DNA of 64,000 bases from Tubiluchus corallicola (lineage: Eukaryota; Animalia; Priapulida). Positions 1-14,464 of this stretch are shown here, piece after piece. Each line of letters starts with the position of its first letter. The stretch's first letter is position 1. The notes beneath the pieces were generated by a model, which worked only from the letters and a program-made list of their open reading frames with translations, did no database searches and was not told where the DNA came from. The translations under genes and the position numbers were made by a program. The stretch is taken from contig JAQGDQ010000209.1 of the NCBI GenBank assembly GCA_030141605.1, positions 124,001 through 188,000 on the forward strand, in the 5' to 3' direction.

Positions 1-1724
1 ATACATTACCTGGAAACAATGCAAAATGTAGGCTTATAACATTGTCTAAACGCCGATGCAATCATATGATAATATCACTGTTGAATAGTGTTTATAATTA
101 TAATGAGCATTGGGTAAACTTGGCGTAATTCTCCATGGATTAGCTACCCGTTTCTCATAATTTCTCACAGCATTATAATTTCACGGTCTTTAATTTACAA
201 AGTAAATTTTTAATCCACAACAGGTGACAATGGATAAGCATCTTTTCCATCTACAAGTGCATTCACTTAATTAGACCATACAGAGAGGGCGTATATTTTT
301 CTAATTAAAGCTACACATCGATGAGTCGCACACATTTTAGTGTGTTTGTCTAAGATAATAGCATTAACTCGCAGTAGCACGATCATGGACCAGACATTGT
401 GTGCTGAGGTGATGAATAATAGCAAAGTGCCATAATTGAAGCAACGAAATGTGAAACGTGTTACGCTGGGCTTCTTTCATCTTGCTCGCAATTTAAACAG
501 AGTTACGTGTTTGCTCTGGTAGAAATCAGGCCCCACGAGAAGCTGAGCTGCTAAAAAAATTAAATAAATTGATGATTTACTGAAGTTTACAAAGCGAACT
601 ATATGCCCATAGGATCTCGATAATAGGGCTGTATTTCACTGTGCAAAAACTCAATTGAATTCCGTAACTCATGATTTAAGTCACTGTGATGCAAACGTCT
701 GGTACTTTGCTATGTGGTAAGAACGTGGCATGGATGGCATAGCACGGTTAGGCAGGCACACCTAACATCTAATTGCCAATTTGGTTAATTTACTAACACT
801 CCAATTCTAGTTAGTAGCCTATTAGTTTACAATTTTGAATCGCACGAGGACTTTAACTGTTTATGGCTAAACAGCTTTTAAATTAACTAGCCAAGAAATT
901 TAATTTTACAAGTGCAAAAACACAGTTTTAAAATTATCGCTTATTTCTTTTAAACACAATTACAAAGGCGCAGTAGATTAAAAAGTTAAGGTTGAACAGA
1001 ATAAAGTGAGTTCAACATTAACTTCATTTAGGGGCAGCACAGTATCTGTAAACGCTTTAGCACGGCATAATGTAAGAAAGAGCATTGCCAGACAAGAAAG
1101 AGAAAGAATTATGAGGAAAATAAACAGCAGAAACTTTCCCACCCAAGCGCATCTACTCAACCACTCATTCCCTCACTTACTCAATACTTAGTGTTACTGT
1201 TCTCATGCTTCTTTCACATTTATTACGGTAAATCACGTTTAACATGTGTGAATCATCAGCTCTTAGTTAGAATAAAAGTGCATAAAGGACCAACGAGCGA
1301 GCAAAAACAACGCGATTTTTGTTAAATTTTAGCATCTCCCGAGACTATTGATTCAAAATTAAAACGCATTAAATGCACAGGAAGGCAGCACGCATTATGG
1401 CTGGCAATATAATATAAGTCTCATGTGCATGTAAATGGAATCCAGCGTGATCAATTACCTTGTATTTGAACTGTGGCTTTTAATGTCTCGAAGCTTTAAT
1501 CAAACAGGGTGAAAAATGAACCAAATAACAGTGCACAGCAATTGGACGATTACGGTAATTTAAGAAAAATTGCGCGGTCGTAGGCTTAGTTCATTCAACG
1601 GTGACCTTACTGGTAATTGACACACTTACTGCATAGTTTATAAATTATTATTCCATGACTATTACAGTGATTACAACAGTACTAGCAAAAAATATCACCA
1701 CCGAGGCTGCCGTCACTACCACCA

Positions 1725-1805
1725 GCATGAGCAATAACAACAGCATCAACAGCAACACCAGCAACAACAGCAACAACATCAACAGCAGCAGCTGCAGCAA
1801 CAACT
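1725..1805. repeat. Imperfect (CAA/CAG)n trinucleotide microsatellite
   Basis: Run agcaataacaacagcatcaacagcaacaccagcaacaacagcaacaacatcaacagcagcagctgcagcaacaac. Confidence 0.85.
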
Positions 1806-2974
1806 CTTTATAAAATAGAATATTACAGACAAATTTAATGAATTACTCAAAATAATGTCTTTCTCTTAAATTTTAGGTCAACAAAACTAAAATCGTGTCT
1901 ATATTCATAAAACCCAATTCCCTGTTTACCGTTCATTTAATCAAAGATATTGCGCATTAATAATTACCCGCAGTTTTGTATTTACTACTTCTTTAAGCAA
2001 GCAAAATTCATTAATTGACTAGACGTTATTAACATAGATAAATTGACTTTTGTTATATCATGTTTACCCATTGAAATACATAGTGATTGAATGGATCCAA
2101 ACGGGTTGTATATCAAAGCACGGCACAATTACAGAACAGTTTAAAAAGAGATCATTTTAAATTGATAACTTGATTCAACAAGGTATTATTCTTCTGTACA
2201 TATAATTTATCACTCACTTTGCTATTCTTGCTTTTATTATTAACCTTTTTATACAGAATACAATGTTAAATTTTAAAAAGCAAACATTGTTTTCCAAACA
2301 AAACACTCTAATTGCATATATAAATTTTGTGTAGACCTGGAATTGTCCATGGATACACAATCTACACTTGAAACGGTACAAAGATTAGTGTTAGCTTTGG
2401 GATTGAATTAAAACCTATTAACCACAAAAAACTGACTTTCTCGTAGTCTAAGACACTGTCACTTCGAAACTAACAAGTTAGTTAAGAGTAGAATAGTTCT
2501 ACTGACTATATTCTCTAGCGCAGCCTAGGTTAATAACTGGATGGAAACATAAGATTTAATGTATCCAGAAGACACAGAGTTACTAGCAATTTTTCATTTT
2601 GTCAACTGATTATTCTGACCACGTGTCAATTAATGTAACCGTATCCTCTCTCGTTTATCATCATGAATTCGACAATGTAAGCAGGCGTATATAGCCTGGG
2701 TTTTAAGACTCCTCTATTCTTGTCATTATTTCTCATTTACCTTACTATAATAATAGAAATTAATAGCCGAATTGCTGCAGTGTATGTCGTTACCGTACAA
2801 AATGTCTTTGAAAACAATGCTGCAATGACGCTTGCAGAGTCATTCGTAAGAGGTGTATACATTTCAAGTGATGGTAATGTCTAAAGTGTCATTGAGAACA
2901 GCTTTATGACAGATTTCTTACAGTGCTGAACAGTGAGAACTAGCTTTTGACCTTGTGCATTCCAAGGTTAAACT

Positions 2975-3034
2975 TGCTACTACTGCTGCTGCTGATGTTG
3001 CTGCTGCTGGTGGTGTTGCTGCTGCTGCTGCTGT

Positions 3035-3070
<36 letters not shown>

Positions 3071-3182
3071 TGCTACTGCTACTGCTACTACTACTAATAC
3101 TAATACTAATACTACTACTACTACTATTGATCTACTGCTACTGCTATTACTACTATTACTATTACTACTGCTACTGCTATAG

Positions 3183-3223
<41 letters not shown>

Positions 3224-3227
3224 ACTG

Positions 3228-3319
<92 letters not shown>

Positions 3320-3322
3320 GCC
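2975..3322. repeat. Compound trinucleotide microsatellite (CTG)n/(CTA)n
   Basis: Long in-phase GCT/ACT/AAT triplet runs; accounts for the four low-complexity ORFs at 2918-3384. Confidence 0.97.
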
Positions 3323-4942
3323 AACAGCAGCGTAGCGTAGCAGTAGTATTGCCATCAACATATAATATTCGTCAAAGTTTTTAAAAACACACGTACTCTA
3401 ATAAAAACTATTTACACATTTTAGTCTTTGTTACACTTCGAAATGCAAAATCCTGCAAAAGTAATTTACTATGTAAGCAATATCCTATTGTATGACATGT
3501 AAAAGGTCTATTGAATAAAAAAATTTGAAGCAACATGCTGTCTGTCAGCTTTAATTATTTTAATTCTACACGCAGATTGGACCAATTTTGCCATTGCTTA
3601 ACATTTTCTAAGACAAAAATAACAGTAACGAAACAGGAAATACAAATATAGTACTGCCATCATATTGACTAACGCTCTTTATCTTAGGTTGGCTCAATGC
3701 CCCCTCCCTAAGCGTCAATTCACCGCCTGGAATTAAATGAAGCCATCCATTATCGTCCGTGGTTTCTGTTCTATTCTGTTGAAACTCCTTTGTGGCTTCA
3801 CTCACGATTAGCATACAGGCAGAGAGAATGCACCTGACGTTATATTACTGTCTCATTGCGTTTTTGTCGTCGAATGAATAGCCGGCTATATTTACACAAA
3901 ACACTCTACATTAATACCTGCGGGATCGCTATGATATAGACAAAGAACTTATAATTCCACACGTTTGTCACGTGGAATTGTTGTCCACGAAAACTTCAAT
4001 AAAGACTGCAGTAACAGGAGCCTTTTTGATGGATGTACTTTATCCGAGCGTTGATTTATTAATGTCTGGTAAAATGATGACACGTTCGAGCCCAATCTAA
4101 AATTGGAGACGTTTCGGAGTTTTTTTATATTATGAGTTCTAAAATTATTTTTGAAAACAGCTATCTTAAGAGTTCTGCGCCCAACAACTGCTTTTATTTT
4201 GTATGCGCAGATACAACTGATACAATGTGTGAAGCGTATATTAAAATATAATGCAACAATTGTAAATAATTGTAATTTGTGTGATGATCAAAATGAAAGA
4301 ATCGTAATATTAATTTTAGTCCATCAGAATCACTAGAAATTACAGATCCATTAGTAAGCAAAGTTACTAAGAAATCTAAAGTAAAGTCTAACGTAAGCTC
4401 AGGTAACCAATAAAATCATTATTTTGATGCATCGTTATTTCTCCTTTATGTAACTGCGCTAACATAAATACATAAACGTGGCTGCCGCAATCAAGGGTTA
4501 AAAATCTTTGACTAATTTCCTGGCTTCGTCTTATTACTCACACTCACCTAGGCACAAAATGAGTCACTAACAGGTGCAGTGAGCATAATGATTCAACGCT
4601 CTCTTATTTTGCAATCGCCACAGCATGCACAGTCTGTATATGGTGTATTGCATTAGGTAGCATTCGAGCCATTTATCTGCCGAGAGAAACCCAATTGCAC
4701 AATTCTCTTATTTCCGTTTACGTCAGTCTCTCACTCGGTTGTTGGTGCTCTTTGGGTCAATTTCAGCAACATCTCGGCGAGACGAGTTTCAATTGATGCG
4801 CGAAAATCTTGTTACGCGGTTCTTCATTAATTCGGGAAGTCTAGGGCACAAGTGGAAGCAGTTTTTGCAATTTAAAGCTCCAGTCCGGCGCTGTGAATGT
4901 AATAACGTGCGTGATTGTAACTTGTACGCTTGGCTTCCGTCA

Positions 4943-5052
4943 CTTCTTTGCATTTTGTGTAACCAAGTTGAATTATTTGTATTTTGTGTGCCCATGTTGA
5001 ATTATTTGTGCTTTGTGTGATCATGTTGAATTATTTGTATTTTATGTGATTG
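4943..5052. repeat. 29-bp minisatellite, about 3.7 copies
   Basis: Unit TGTTGAATTATTTGT(A/G)(T/C)TTTGTGTG(A/C)(T/C)CA repeated head-to-tail. Confidence 0.9.
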
Positions 5053-5665
5053 AAATGGCGGAGGTAAACTTTAAAATGAGAACACTGACAAGTCACATTG
5101 TTGTTTCGATGGGCCCTCCTGGCGATGATCCTTCTAACTGTGCCCTTAGAAAGTTTTGAAAATATATAGTTACTTCAGGTAGGATATGATTCTGTCTACA
5201 ACAGATTTGATTGCAGCTAGGAGCGCTGTTTTGTTGTACCTCACCGCTAAACATACGTCTTGGACAAAGAAGTTTTCTTGTAATTATAATTTTGGCAGAG
5301 TAACCAAATTTAACATTATAACCAATTTCTACGTTAGCAATCAATTCACAGACTGTTGTGCATAAAATAGTCTCGTTATACCATACAATCTACAACTACA
5401 ACGCAAGTTCTGGGGAATACGAAGGCTGCTCATTCCAAAGTAATGCATGGTCCACCCCCACCCCCACGAAATCTTAAAATCTTAAGTGACCACAAACTGC
5501 AAATTGCTAAGCAGCTAGACAAGGAGAAAAACAAACTGCATTTCTAAATGTCTAAGCTCGCTGTCAATTGGAAGAAGTAACATTAATTTCATGCACACCG
5601 GAAGTGAGAAGGTAAAATCCCGTTGGTAAAAAATCCCAATAGTCAAAACGAAAGACGGAGAAGAG

Positions 5666-5666
5666 A

Positions 5667-5699
<33 letters not shown>
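5666..5699. repeat. (GAT)n microsatellite
   Basis: Perfect gatgatgat run; source of the poly-His in ORF 5515-5733. Confidence 0.95.
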
Positions 5700-7292
5700 C
5701 TTCTGTAACCATATTAATAACACATAAATGCATACTGTAAACAGTTGCACAAAAACAAAAACAACTGTACGAAATTATTTACAAAAAACAAATGCATGCG
5801 TATGAACAAATGCGTTAAAATGTACAAAATACGTACAGAAAGTTTAGGTATCGTAAAGTTTTGCCAAGTTGTTGTAGTGATCTAATTCATATTGTAATTA
5901 AGCTATTACACCACTATTATATAATGTGCTTGTTGTTCATCATATTTTTATAACTCCAGTACTTAAGTAATTTAATGATGAGTTGTAAACAAACATAAAC
6001 AAAAACATCCTAGAAGTTTAAATAGTCGTCCTGTAAATAAAGTTATCGGCTAAATAAACTTTTCACAATGTATTCGTCTTTCACTAAGTCCAAAAATGCA
6101 ATAATTATACTTTTGTCCTGCTTTAAACATATGACATCTTTTGATTGATCACCATGCTTCAAGATAAAATGCCTCCTCTTCCACTGGTTGACCAATGGAC
6201 AACAAAATAGCAAATCATCTGGTGTCTAAGGGGACAGTCACATAACTTATTGTCTTCCATTCATTCGGACGGAGAAGGCGAGATGATAATAATAAAGCTC
6301 TCCGCGCTTGATCATCGCCTCATTGAAAATCATTCACTCAACATTCGCCAGCTTTCAGTGGAAATTGAAATGCTGAACGAATCGACAAGTTTGCGAGGAA
6401 TCAGCAAGCAAGCTGTCAGAGTATCGGCTAAACCGTCTGTGTTTATACACCGTAACAGATTTATATTAAACGATCAGAAAACAGATAGGCAAAGCGTACA
6501 GGGTCACAGCATTAGCAGTCATACAACCGTGGCTGAAACCATACAATCTTGACAGTTTTAAGAAGCCATAGAGACGTGATAGATGCACATGTCTCTATGC
6601 CGCTGTAGCGTTTACGACTGACATAAGTATGGATTTTAACAAGCCGGTAAACGCCGAGGCTATTTCTTCTTTTATTTTTTCTTGTTACCGGCCGAAAATA
6701 CGTTAGTGATCTCTTCTAAAAGAAAGCAAACCTAGAAACCAACAAGCTGTCATAATGCGATGCTTGGAAATAAGTTACGTGTACCATAAGCTGAATGTAA
6801 TTGAAACAGTTTGGCATGTCAAGTCACCAGTAAGAAAATGTGACTACTAAAACATGGTGACATATAGTTCTGGTGATTTCCTAAATACCAGTTAGTTTAA
6901 TTTTGTTTAGTTCATTTATTCCAAGAAACCAGTACAATTCAACAATATCTTACACAAAAATGCACAATATAAAAATAACTCGAGAATAATAGATAAGATA
7001 TAGCCAAACGATTAATGCAGCGCAGACAGCGTCCTAAGGTGAATTCCTAAGATCTGAGCTGAATAGGCAATATGGAGCAACAGGAGTGCAGAAGGTGCAA
7101 GATAAAAGGAAGGAAAGCCTAGAAGGTAATCAGTGTTAAGATATGGTGAGAAAGAGGATGAAACAATAGAGAATGACAAGATGTAGAGAAGAGATTTACA
7201 TTAAAATTTTAATAATATTAACAAGCCATAGCAAACAACAGGGCTATGTGAAAAAGAGGCGGCACACTCAAAGGTGCCAAAATGAACTTAAA

Positions 7293-7682
7293 AAGTTAGG
7301 TTTTACTCTCCAATACGTATTAGAAATCTAAAAGACGATATAACATACAGTCAATAGATTTTAAACATTATGAGTGCAAAAATACGAACATAATCATTCA
7401 TGTTTAGAAAACAACCAAATTCTTGCAGAAATAGTTACTTGAACGTGAGTAACAACAGCAGTTCGAACTTTGTGTATAACAGTGAGTAACTTATTATGGT
7501 TAATCTCCTGCTTGTAGGTAACTATTTCTGCAAGAGTTTGGTTGTTCTCTTAGTTTGGATGATTATGTTAGCAGTGTTTGCCCTCATAATGTTTAAAACA
7601 TATTAAATATATATTATATTGCATTTTAGATCCCTGATAATGGATAAAGTGTTGACATATGTTTTGGAGAATAAATTCTAAC
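7293..7682. mobile_element. Foldback/MITE-like element with ~150-bp imperfect inverted arms
   Basis: Left arm ...ttttaaacattatgag...acataatcattc...aacaaccaaattcttgcagaaatagttac (7293-7440) is the reverse complement of right arm gtaactatttctgcaagagtttggttgtt...gatgattatgt...ctcataatgtttaaaa (7518-7682). Confidence 0.8.
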
Positions 7683-9165
7683 TGGTACTAAAACATGGCC
7701 ACATTTTTCCGTGAAAGCAATTTTTAACAAAGGAACTTCAAAGAGCACAGACGCATCTGCTACTGCATTATATAGTGACAGCTGAATAAAAACATACTTA
7801 ACCAAGTCGCTTTTACTCAGTCTGATTCAAGACCGGTAAGCCGAACTTTACTAGTTCGAATCCCAAGCCTGATATTTTAATTTTGTGTTTTTATAACATT
7901 GGAGGCAATTCACAATACTCTACAGGCTCTTCAAGAAAAATCTTGCTTCGCAATCACGCACGCTTTTGAGGTTATTATCATGGCGCTGGCTGCTTCACAG
8001 AAAAGGGAGAAGGTGATAAAATGAAGAGATGCTGATGATAAAAAAACATGTAAAGTTGCGCGAATATGATTTCATAGAGTAACACTGCAAAATGTGCCTT
8101 GATCTTCAACGCATGTGAGAAATGCTAGAAAATTTGAACTCTGATCAAGGGGATAGCTTTCAAGTGGGATAGTGCGGCAAAACAAAAACACAGATATGGA
8201 TGCATCAGTATAAATTACAATGTGGAGACTGCGGTGGAGCCAGCTAGCTTCAGCTTTGTGTAATTATAGTGATAGACCATTACTAAAAGAACAACGAACG
8301 AAGCTTATAAGATATTATATAACGTGTAATAAAATCTCTTAAATTTGACCGAGATTTATCAGCTGTAGAGTATTTTGCCAGTTCAAAGTTTTTCGTAAAC
8401 GGATTTAAATAGAAAACTGATCGCCAATATTTCACTAAGTCTTAGGTGGAGAAGATTTTGTTCTGCAGATTTGGGCCAGCATGTTTCGCCGTAATAAATT
8501 ATCCAGGAGCGTTTGGAAATAATTTATTTCAGAGTCACTAAATCCTATCAGCACAGATAAATGATGTCTTAAAGGCGACTAGCTTATTCACAAGCTACGG
8601 AAAGTGGTAAATGATAATTGCTGTGCAACACATCACGCTTATACAAATAATATTATAGTAAAGGTTGACACTCGCCAAAAATCAATTATAACCCTTCCGC
8701 AATGTCTTGATGAGCTTTGTGACAAACTCACCATTGAGGATTCCTTACTGTCGTAAACAATCATAAATCAGTAATGGCTGATTACCCTGTCATGGCGAGG
8801 GACTTGATCTATAATCAACCAAGAGTGAGTACATCACTGCACTGCAGCTGCTTGGAATTTACATAAGAAAACAGAACGACAATTCCCAGGCTAAGATGCT
8901 AACCTTCCAAAAACATCCATGGTAATCTCATACGCTCAGGAGTTTTTTCTGATCTCTTAATCTGCTCGACATATAGAATTTACAGTGAGTCTCACATAAG
9001 TCTGATTCAGCTCTGGACAATTTTTCTTACGCTAACATCTTTTCTTCTTCGTTTGAATGAAGCAAATCTATACAAGGTGCAAGGTGTATACATACATATA
9101 ATGAACAATTGAACACATAAATAATGTTAAAAGTAAGCGTAAACTAAATTACGAGATGATTCTTC

Positions 9166-9369
9166 TTAAACGGCGCTTACCAGACATTCAGAATGCGTTG
9201 TGCGTTACTGCGTAAAAATCACTTTGTACTGTTTTCAATCAACCCGTATTTATCCGACTTACGTTACTGCGTTATTTTTTTCTAAAGTTATCTCCTATTG
9301 ATTTTTATTTGCAGCTGGATACGCAATATCGCATAACGCATTCCGGATGCCTGGTAAACGCGGCTTTAA
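9166..9369. mobile_element. Palindromic ~200-bp MITE, family A copy 1 (PIF/Harbinger-like ends)
   Basis: Ends ttaaacggcgcttaccagacattcagaatgcgtt / aacgcattccggatgcctggtaaacgcggctttaa; internal cctattgattttt motif shared with copies at 23806, 58283 and 58648. Confidence 0.85.
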
Positions 9370-10763
9370 ACAATGCAATAATTGCAAATCACATTGTTTC
9401 CTTACCTTTTTTCATGGCTTGCTTGATAACCAATTGTTATAAGCACGCGAAAAAAATATATTGTTAAATTACTTGATGCTTGCTAATTCCATCATCTAAG
9501 AAGGAGTGACACTAATTTCACATTACGTTCACATCACATATAAACAAGGAGTTTTAAGGGACTTACCCTTTTTGAACCTCTATTTAAAATAAAAAACTTT
9601 CTTGTTAAAAGTGTCTGAAGATTGTACCTCAAAAAGTATTACCGAAGTAAGTTACATAATTCGTTTACCGTGTACTTAGCCACTTAATCTCTTTAATTTA
9701 AGAGCAACATGTAGAAATTCAAATTTTAATGAGTCACGTCTACCTAGTAACATGAAAGTGCGTGCATTTAATATACTTATATCGCACATTAATAAAGAAA
9801 TTTAATCAAATCATCACGCACATTTTATACGTAAGTGGTCTTAAGTTTTCATGATTATTCATATATTAATGCACGCAATTACATTAAATCTGATAACTTG
9901 ATAGTACTTCCTTACGTCGTCATCAGCAAAATATATGTTAGCCCTAAATACAAACAATAGACTTAGTAATTGCAAAGAAATACTTCAGCTATTCAAACAG
10001 TGACGCATGCACGCATTAGACCGTTATTAGGTCTAAAACGTGTTTTTTCACTGTTTGCATGTTATTTTGTATAACCAGAGTACTCTTTTGCAATTACTAA
10101 GTCTATTATTTGTGTTTATGAGCGTATTGCTTATTGTGGCGCAAGGAAATGCCGAAACGTACAAACTGAGGGATGCTAATCTTCAACAAAATGAAGAGAT
10201 TATTTACAAGTCTCTTTTCAATATCTTGTAAGAAAATACATTAATGGCGCTACTGCAGACAGGACCTTTACGTCCAATTCTTTTTTCTCAGTGACTGCGT
10301 TCCGGTATTTCATTGGTCGGACCGATGAAACTAATCCGCGACATCTGCTTGTTATTTTCAAACCATAGCTTAACTTTCTTAAGATTATTATTTCCAGATC
10401 TAACTATGTAACGATGCCCAACATGTTTTGATTATTGCCATGATTATGTATAAATCTCTAACACGTGCATCTAATGAATGAGAAAGTTGTAGTCGTAGTA
10501 CCAAAGCGCGATTTCACGATAGATAGATGAAGCTACTAGAAAACTGTATTTTTATGCGCGAAAAACTAATATCCGACGTTATAAATAGTTTGATATTGTA
10601 TTCTTGCACATTTTATCACATTTTCATTTGTGTGCGTCTAATGAGACCTAGAGGAAAAGCATAAAACCGGGAAAACGACAAAAGTGCTATAGGCTAAAAA
10701 GTTTCAAAAACCGCTAAAAGGGAAGAAAGGGTAAATTCTAAAGTACATTCCAAACAACTTTCC

Positions 10764-10810
<47 letters not shown>

Positions 10811-11004
10811 TTCGTTTAGCACATAATCCAAGGATAACACCTTAAGTACCTCAATACCTATTTCCAAGGTGGCCCCGATTATTATTACCCGCATGTTACT
10901 TCGATAAACCCGCGTGCTTGGTCTAAGAACCAGCGGTACCATTTTTCATGTCTTGGTATGACTCGATCGAGAGTTGAACCCACGACCTCCCGGGTGCTAA
11001 GCGG
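10764..11004 (-). mobile_element. tRNA-derived SINE, 5'-truncated, with (TTA)n tail
   Basis: Minus strand reads GAGGTCGTGGGTTCAACTCTCG (B-box-like), then GAGTCATACCAAGACATGAAAAATGGTACC, and ends in a long (ATT)n tail at 10764-10810. Confidence 0.75.
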
Positions 11005-11034
11005 GATATTACATGTTATATTACTAAGCATACA

Positions 11035-11140
11035 AGTGATATTACTTAGCATTACACTCACCTGCTAGAAAGACATGCAATTGAAATGATTTAAATATTT
11101 GTGCCACCTGGTAAACTGGTACTGCATTGCGTTACTGCTA
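11035..11140. mobile_element. Dispersed repeat family B, truncated copy 1
   Basis: atattacttagcattacactcacctgctagaaagacatgcaatt...atttaaatatttgtgccacctggtaaa matches 30985-31206 and 34678-34905. Confidence 0.65.
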
Positions 11141-14100
11141 ACCGCTACCGTTGTATGAAATAAGACATCATGTAATTCATATAAATATCACTAATCAGTA
11201 GTGATTCATCACTAATCAAATATCACTACAGTGATCACTAATCACTGTAACATAATTCCATTTTTTACCTCCGACATAATTTATTTCTTTTTAAATAAGT
11301 TCCCCCTTAAAACCCCACAAACAAATTCGCAAAACGAGAATGCTACAATATCATTGTTTGCATAAGAGCTGCTCTAAACGGCTACAGAAAAAAATACCCG
11401 AATTGGCAGAATGATCGAACATCTAGACGATCTGGTTTGATTCTAAATCCCCCCCTCGATTTTACTTCTTCTCTAAACCTTGTCTGAAATTGAATGATGA
11501 AAACACGTTTCACTGAGACCATGATCCAGTTAACCGCCAGTGTTATGAGGCTGGCTATACTTACAGGATAAAACTGGATTATGGCTTTCTAATCTTTATG
11601 AGGGTCAGTGGAGTTTTTGATGAAAACATTGCGTAAAGCATAAAGGGCGTCTCCAGAAACAGGTCAAAGCAAAGGAAAACCTTTATGGGAAAAAAAGCCA
11701 TAAACTCGGCGTATTTACAGTAATTTGGTAATCTGAATTTTTAGACGATTAAGATTTTAGATCAGCGAAGATCGTGCAGTGAGATTATAAAAGATTATAT
11801 GGTCCACATTTCAAAGCACAAGGAATTCATCGATGGCGTGGATTCCCCTTAATGTCTGGAGCTACGAAAGATATTTCACGCATCGTTCAAAAATGTGCTT
11901 AAGAGTATTTGCGACTGTATTATCTGCTGAATAAAAGAACCGCGCTCTGCATACTGGATAAGTCTTTTACTGAATGTGTTGGAGCTCATTTCCAACTTGA
12001 CTGCAAGCTAAGTCTGATTTAATCAACCTTAGAAAAGCACGAGAACATGGATGTAAATGAAGGGTTCCTCTTTTTGTTTTGATAGCCTCTTTTTTGCTAA
12101 CAAGTGAAAATAGTAGTAACGACAATAGTAACGGGACAGTAACAGAAACACGAACAACTCAGGATCAGTAGTCCTGGGATTCTAACATGTGAAGTCTAAT
12201 TCCTGGTCTCGGATTCAAATACCGACTGGTTCACAATTCTTCGACGTCTCCTTTCATTCTTCAAATCATTACCCGCAAGGGGTAATAATTGTTGTGAAAT
12301 AAACCGCAATTGTTTATGAACATTGTGGCATCCACAGTCGTATTCTCATTAATGAATCGTTAACTGCCAGCTAATTTGAAAAAGTTGTTATTCAGGTGCG
12401 TATTTGGTGGGTATTTTACCTTAACCAAACTTTATCTCAATTTATAACGGCTAAGTATAAGAAAAATGTCACACGTGCCTTCCATTTCGAAACGTGATTA
12501 GAGCCTTTTTCAGAAGGTTCGTGTTCAGAACGGCGATTTGTATCGATATTTCTGCTTGCGAGAACATTAATAGTCGTTTGGCATGACGGCATATACACAC
12601 AAACGCACTTCAATCAAAATCATAAAATACCTTGGAATAGTCTGCGTTTTAAACTCACACGACATGCATCGAACTTTATTGAATATTGCCGTAATTACTA
12701 GAGAAAACCCCACGCAAGTTTGCAAGATGTAAGTGCCGAATAGAAATTTTGTATCATATTCGCTGAGTCCGTCATATAGTCGGGTAAACCCTCATGGATT
12801 GTCTCAAACAGTGCTCTTTTTTCTTTTTTAAATTTCATAATTACATTTTAAAATGATGCCACGATCGAGTACTTTAGAATTCCTCACTTGTTTATCAATT
12901 TTTTTTCAACTAATCGATCGGCGACTGTCTTCTTGTGATAAACTTTTGTTCAATAGTTGCGAATTTTTTGTAGGTGAACAGCAAACTCAGCAACCAAATT
13001 GCCATTTGGGACATCGTGTTGTTGGTATCTTAACGTGTAAAAATAATCAGGGACTTCTGAAACACCGTGTTGTTTAAAAATTCAAAGTGATTTTATCACA
13101 AGGGATTAATATATATTTACCCGAGCTGTACACAGAACCTTGTTTATTTTATCAGACATTATTTTCTGGGGGCATTTCCTTTTAGTTTAGTAACCAACAC
13201 CTCTTTCTGTGTACCACAAATTGGGGCTTTATGAATTACGTAAACACGTTAATGTAGTGTCATGCGTTTTACAGGTGTACATTGTATAAGAAGCCAGTTC
13301 CCTGTGAGCTCAACAAGCGCAAAACATTTTGGAAAACCCTTGTTTACGAGTAAGACCTAGTAACATTTACAAAAATGTGTTTAAAACTACATAACAAATA
13401 TGCAGTTTATGTTAAACGTACACATAGTAGTCATGACCTAAAGGCTAATTTCTTCCAAAGTTTTAGAGTACCCATGGTGAAGAAAATTACTTTTGCCAAT
13501 CCATTATTTTGTAACTATTACCTTCAGTTAAAACAATAAATGAACTATTTAGATGTCAACTCAACGCTGAAGTTTTTCTTCCTAGCAAAGCGCTAATCTG
13601 CGGGGAATTATTTAGGAAATTGCATGGAGAAACTTTGCTCAATTCGTGCGGCAGTTGACGTAATTGCTTGCATTAATGTGACTTTGCTGGCATAGTCGGC
13701 GACAGCTTCATCAAAGTAAAGTTGAAAAGCGACACTGACCAGAAAACAGTTTTCCAGTTGAGATTCAGGCTTCAAATGATAGGATTATATTGGCTGCTGT
13801 CAAACAAAACTTGTCAGTTAAATATACGCTTTATATAAGCTCAAAAAGATTACGAAAGTATGATTTGTAATATAAAGTTATACTCGTCTTTGTTATACAC
13901 ACTATGTCTATATAACAAAGATGAAACGCAATCCTTTGAAATACTCTTTATTTCTTCAGCATATTTTAATGGAGAAGAAATGTTGGCAACAGTAGATGAG
14001 GTATGAAAATGTATTCTGCCTGGCTAAAAAAGATACCATTCTTCATCCCTTCTATTTTCTGCTCCCATATATTGTTTCTTTCCTGGAACTTCGTTCTCGC

Positions 14101-14239
14101 TCTTTTTGTCTGTTTTTTCTTCGCACGTTTAAGCTTCCCTTTAGTTCCCGTTTTTTACATCTCAACCTTACACTTCTCTCTTATTTTGCCGCTATCCCGT
14201 CTTTTCTTCTCGCCCCTTTTCCTTTCTCTATGTCTAATG

Positions 14240-14464
<225 letters not shown>

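Noticed and set aside
2918-3384. Poly-Ser/Leu/Tyr/Ala/Val ORFs
   Set aside because: Stop-free reading of a trinucleotide microsatellite, open in several frames on both strands
4943-5052. 29-bp repeats as a possible CRISPR array
   Set aside because: Units are directly tandem with no unique spacers, there are no cas genes, and the context is eukaryotic
6250-6552. 100-aa ORF in a slightly GC-richer patch
   Set aside because: TTG start, no recognisable motif, no convincing flanking splice sites
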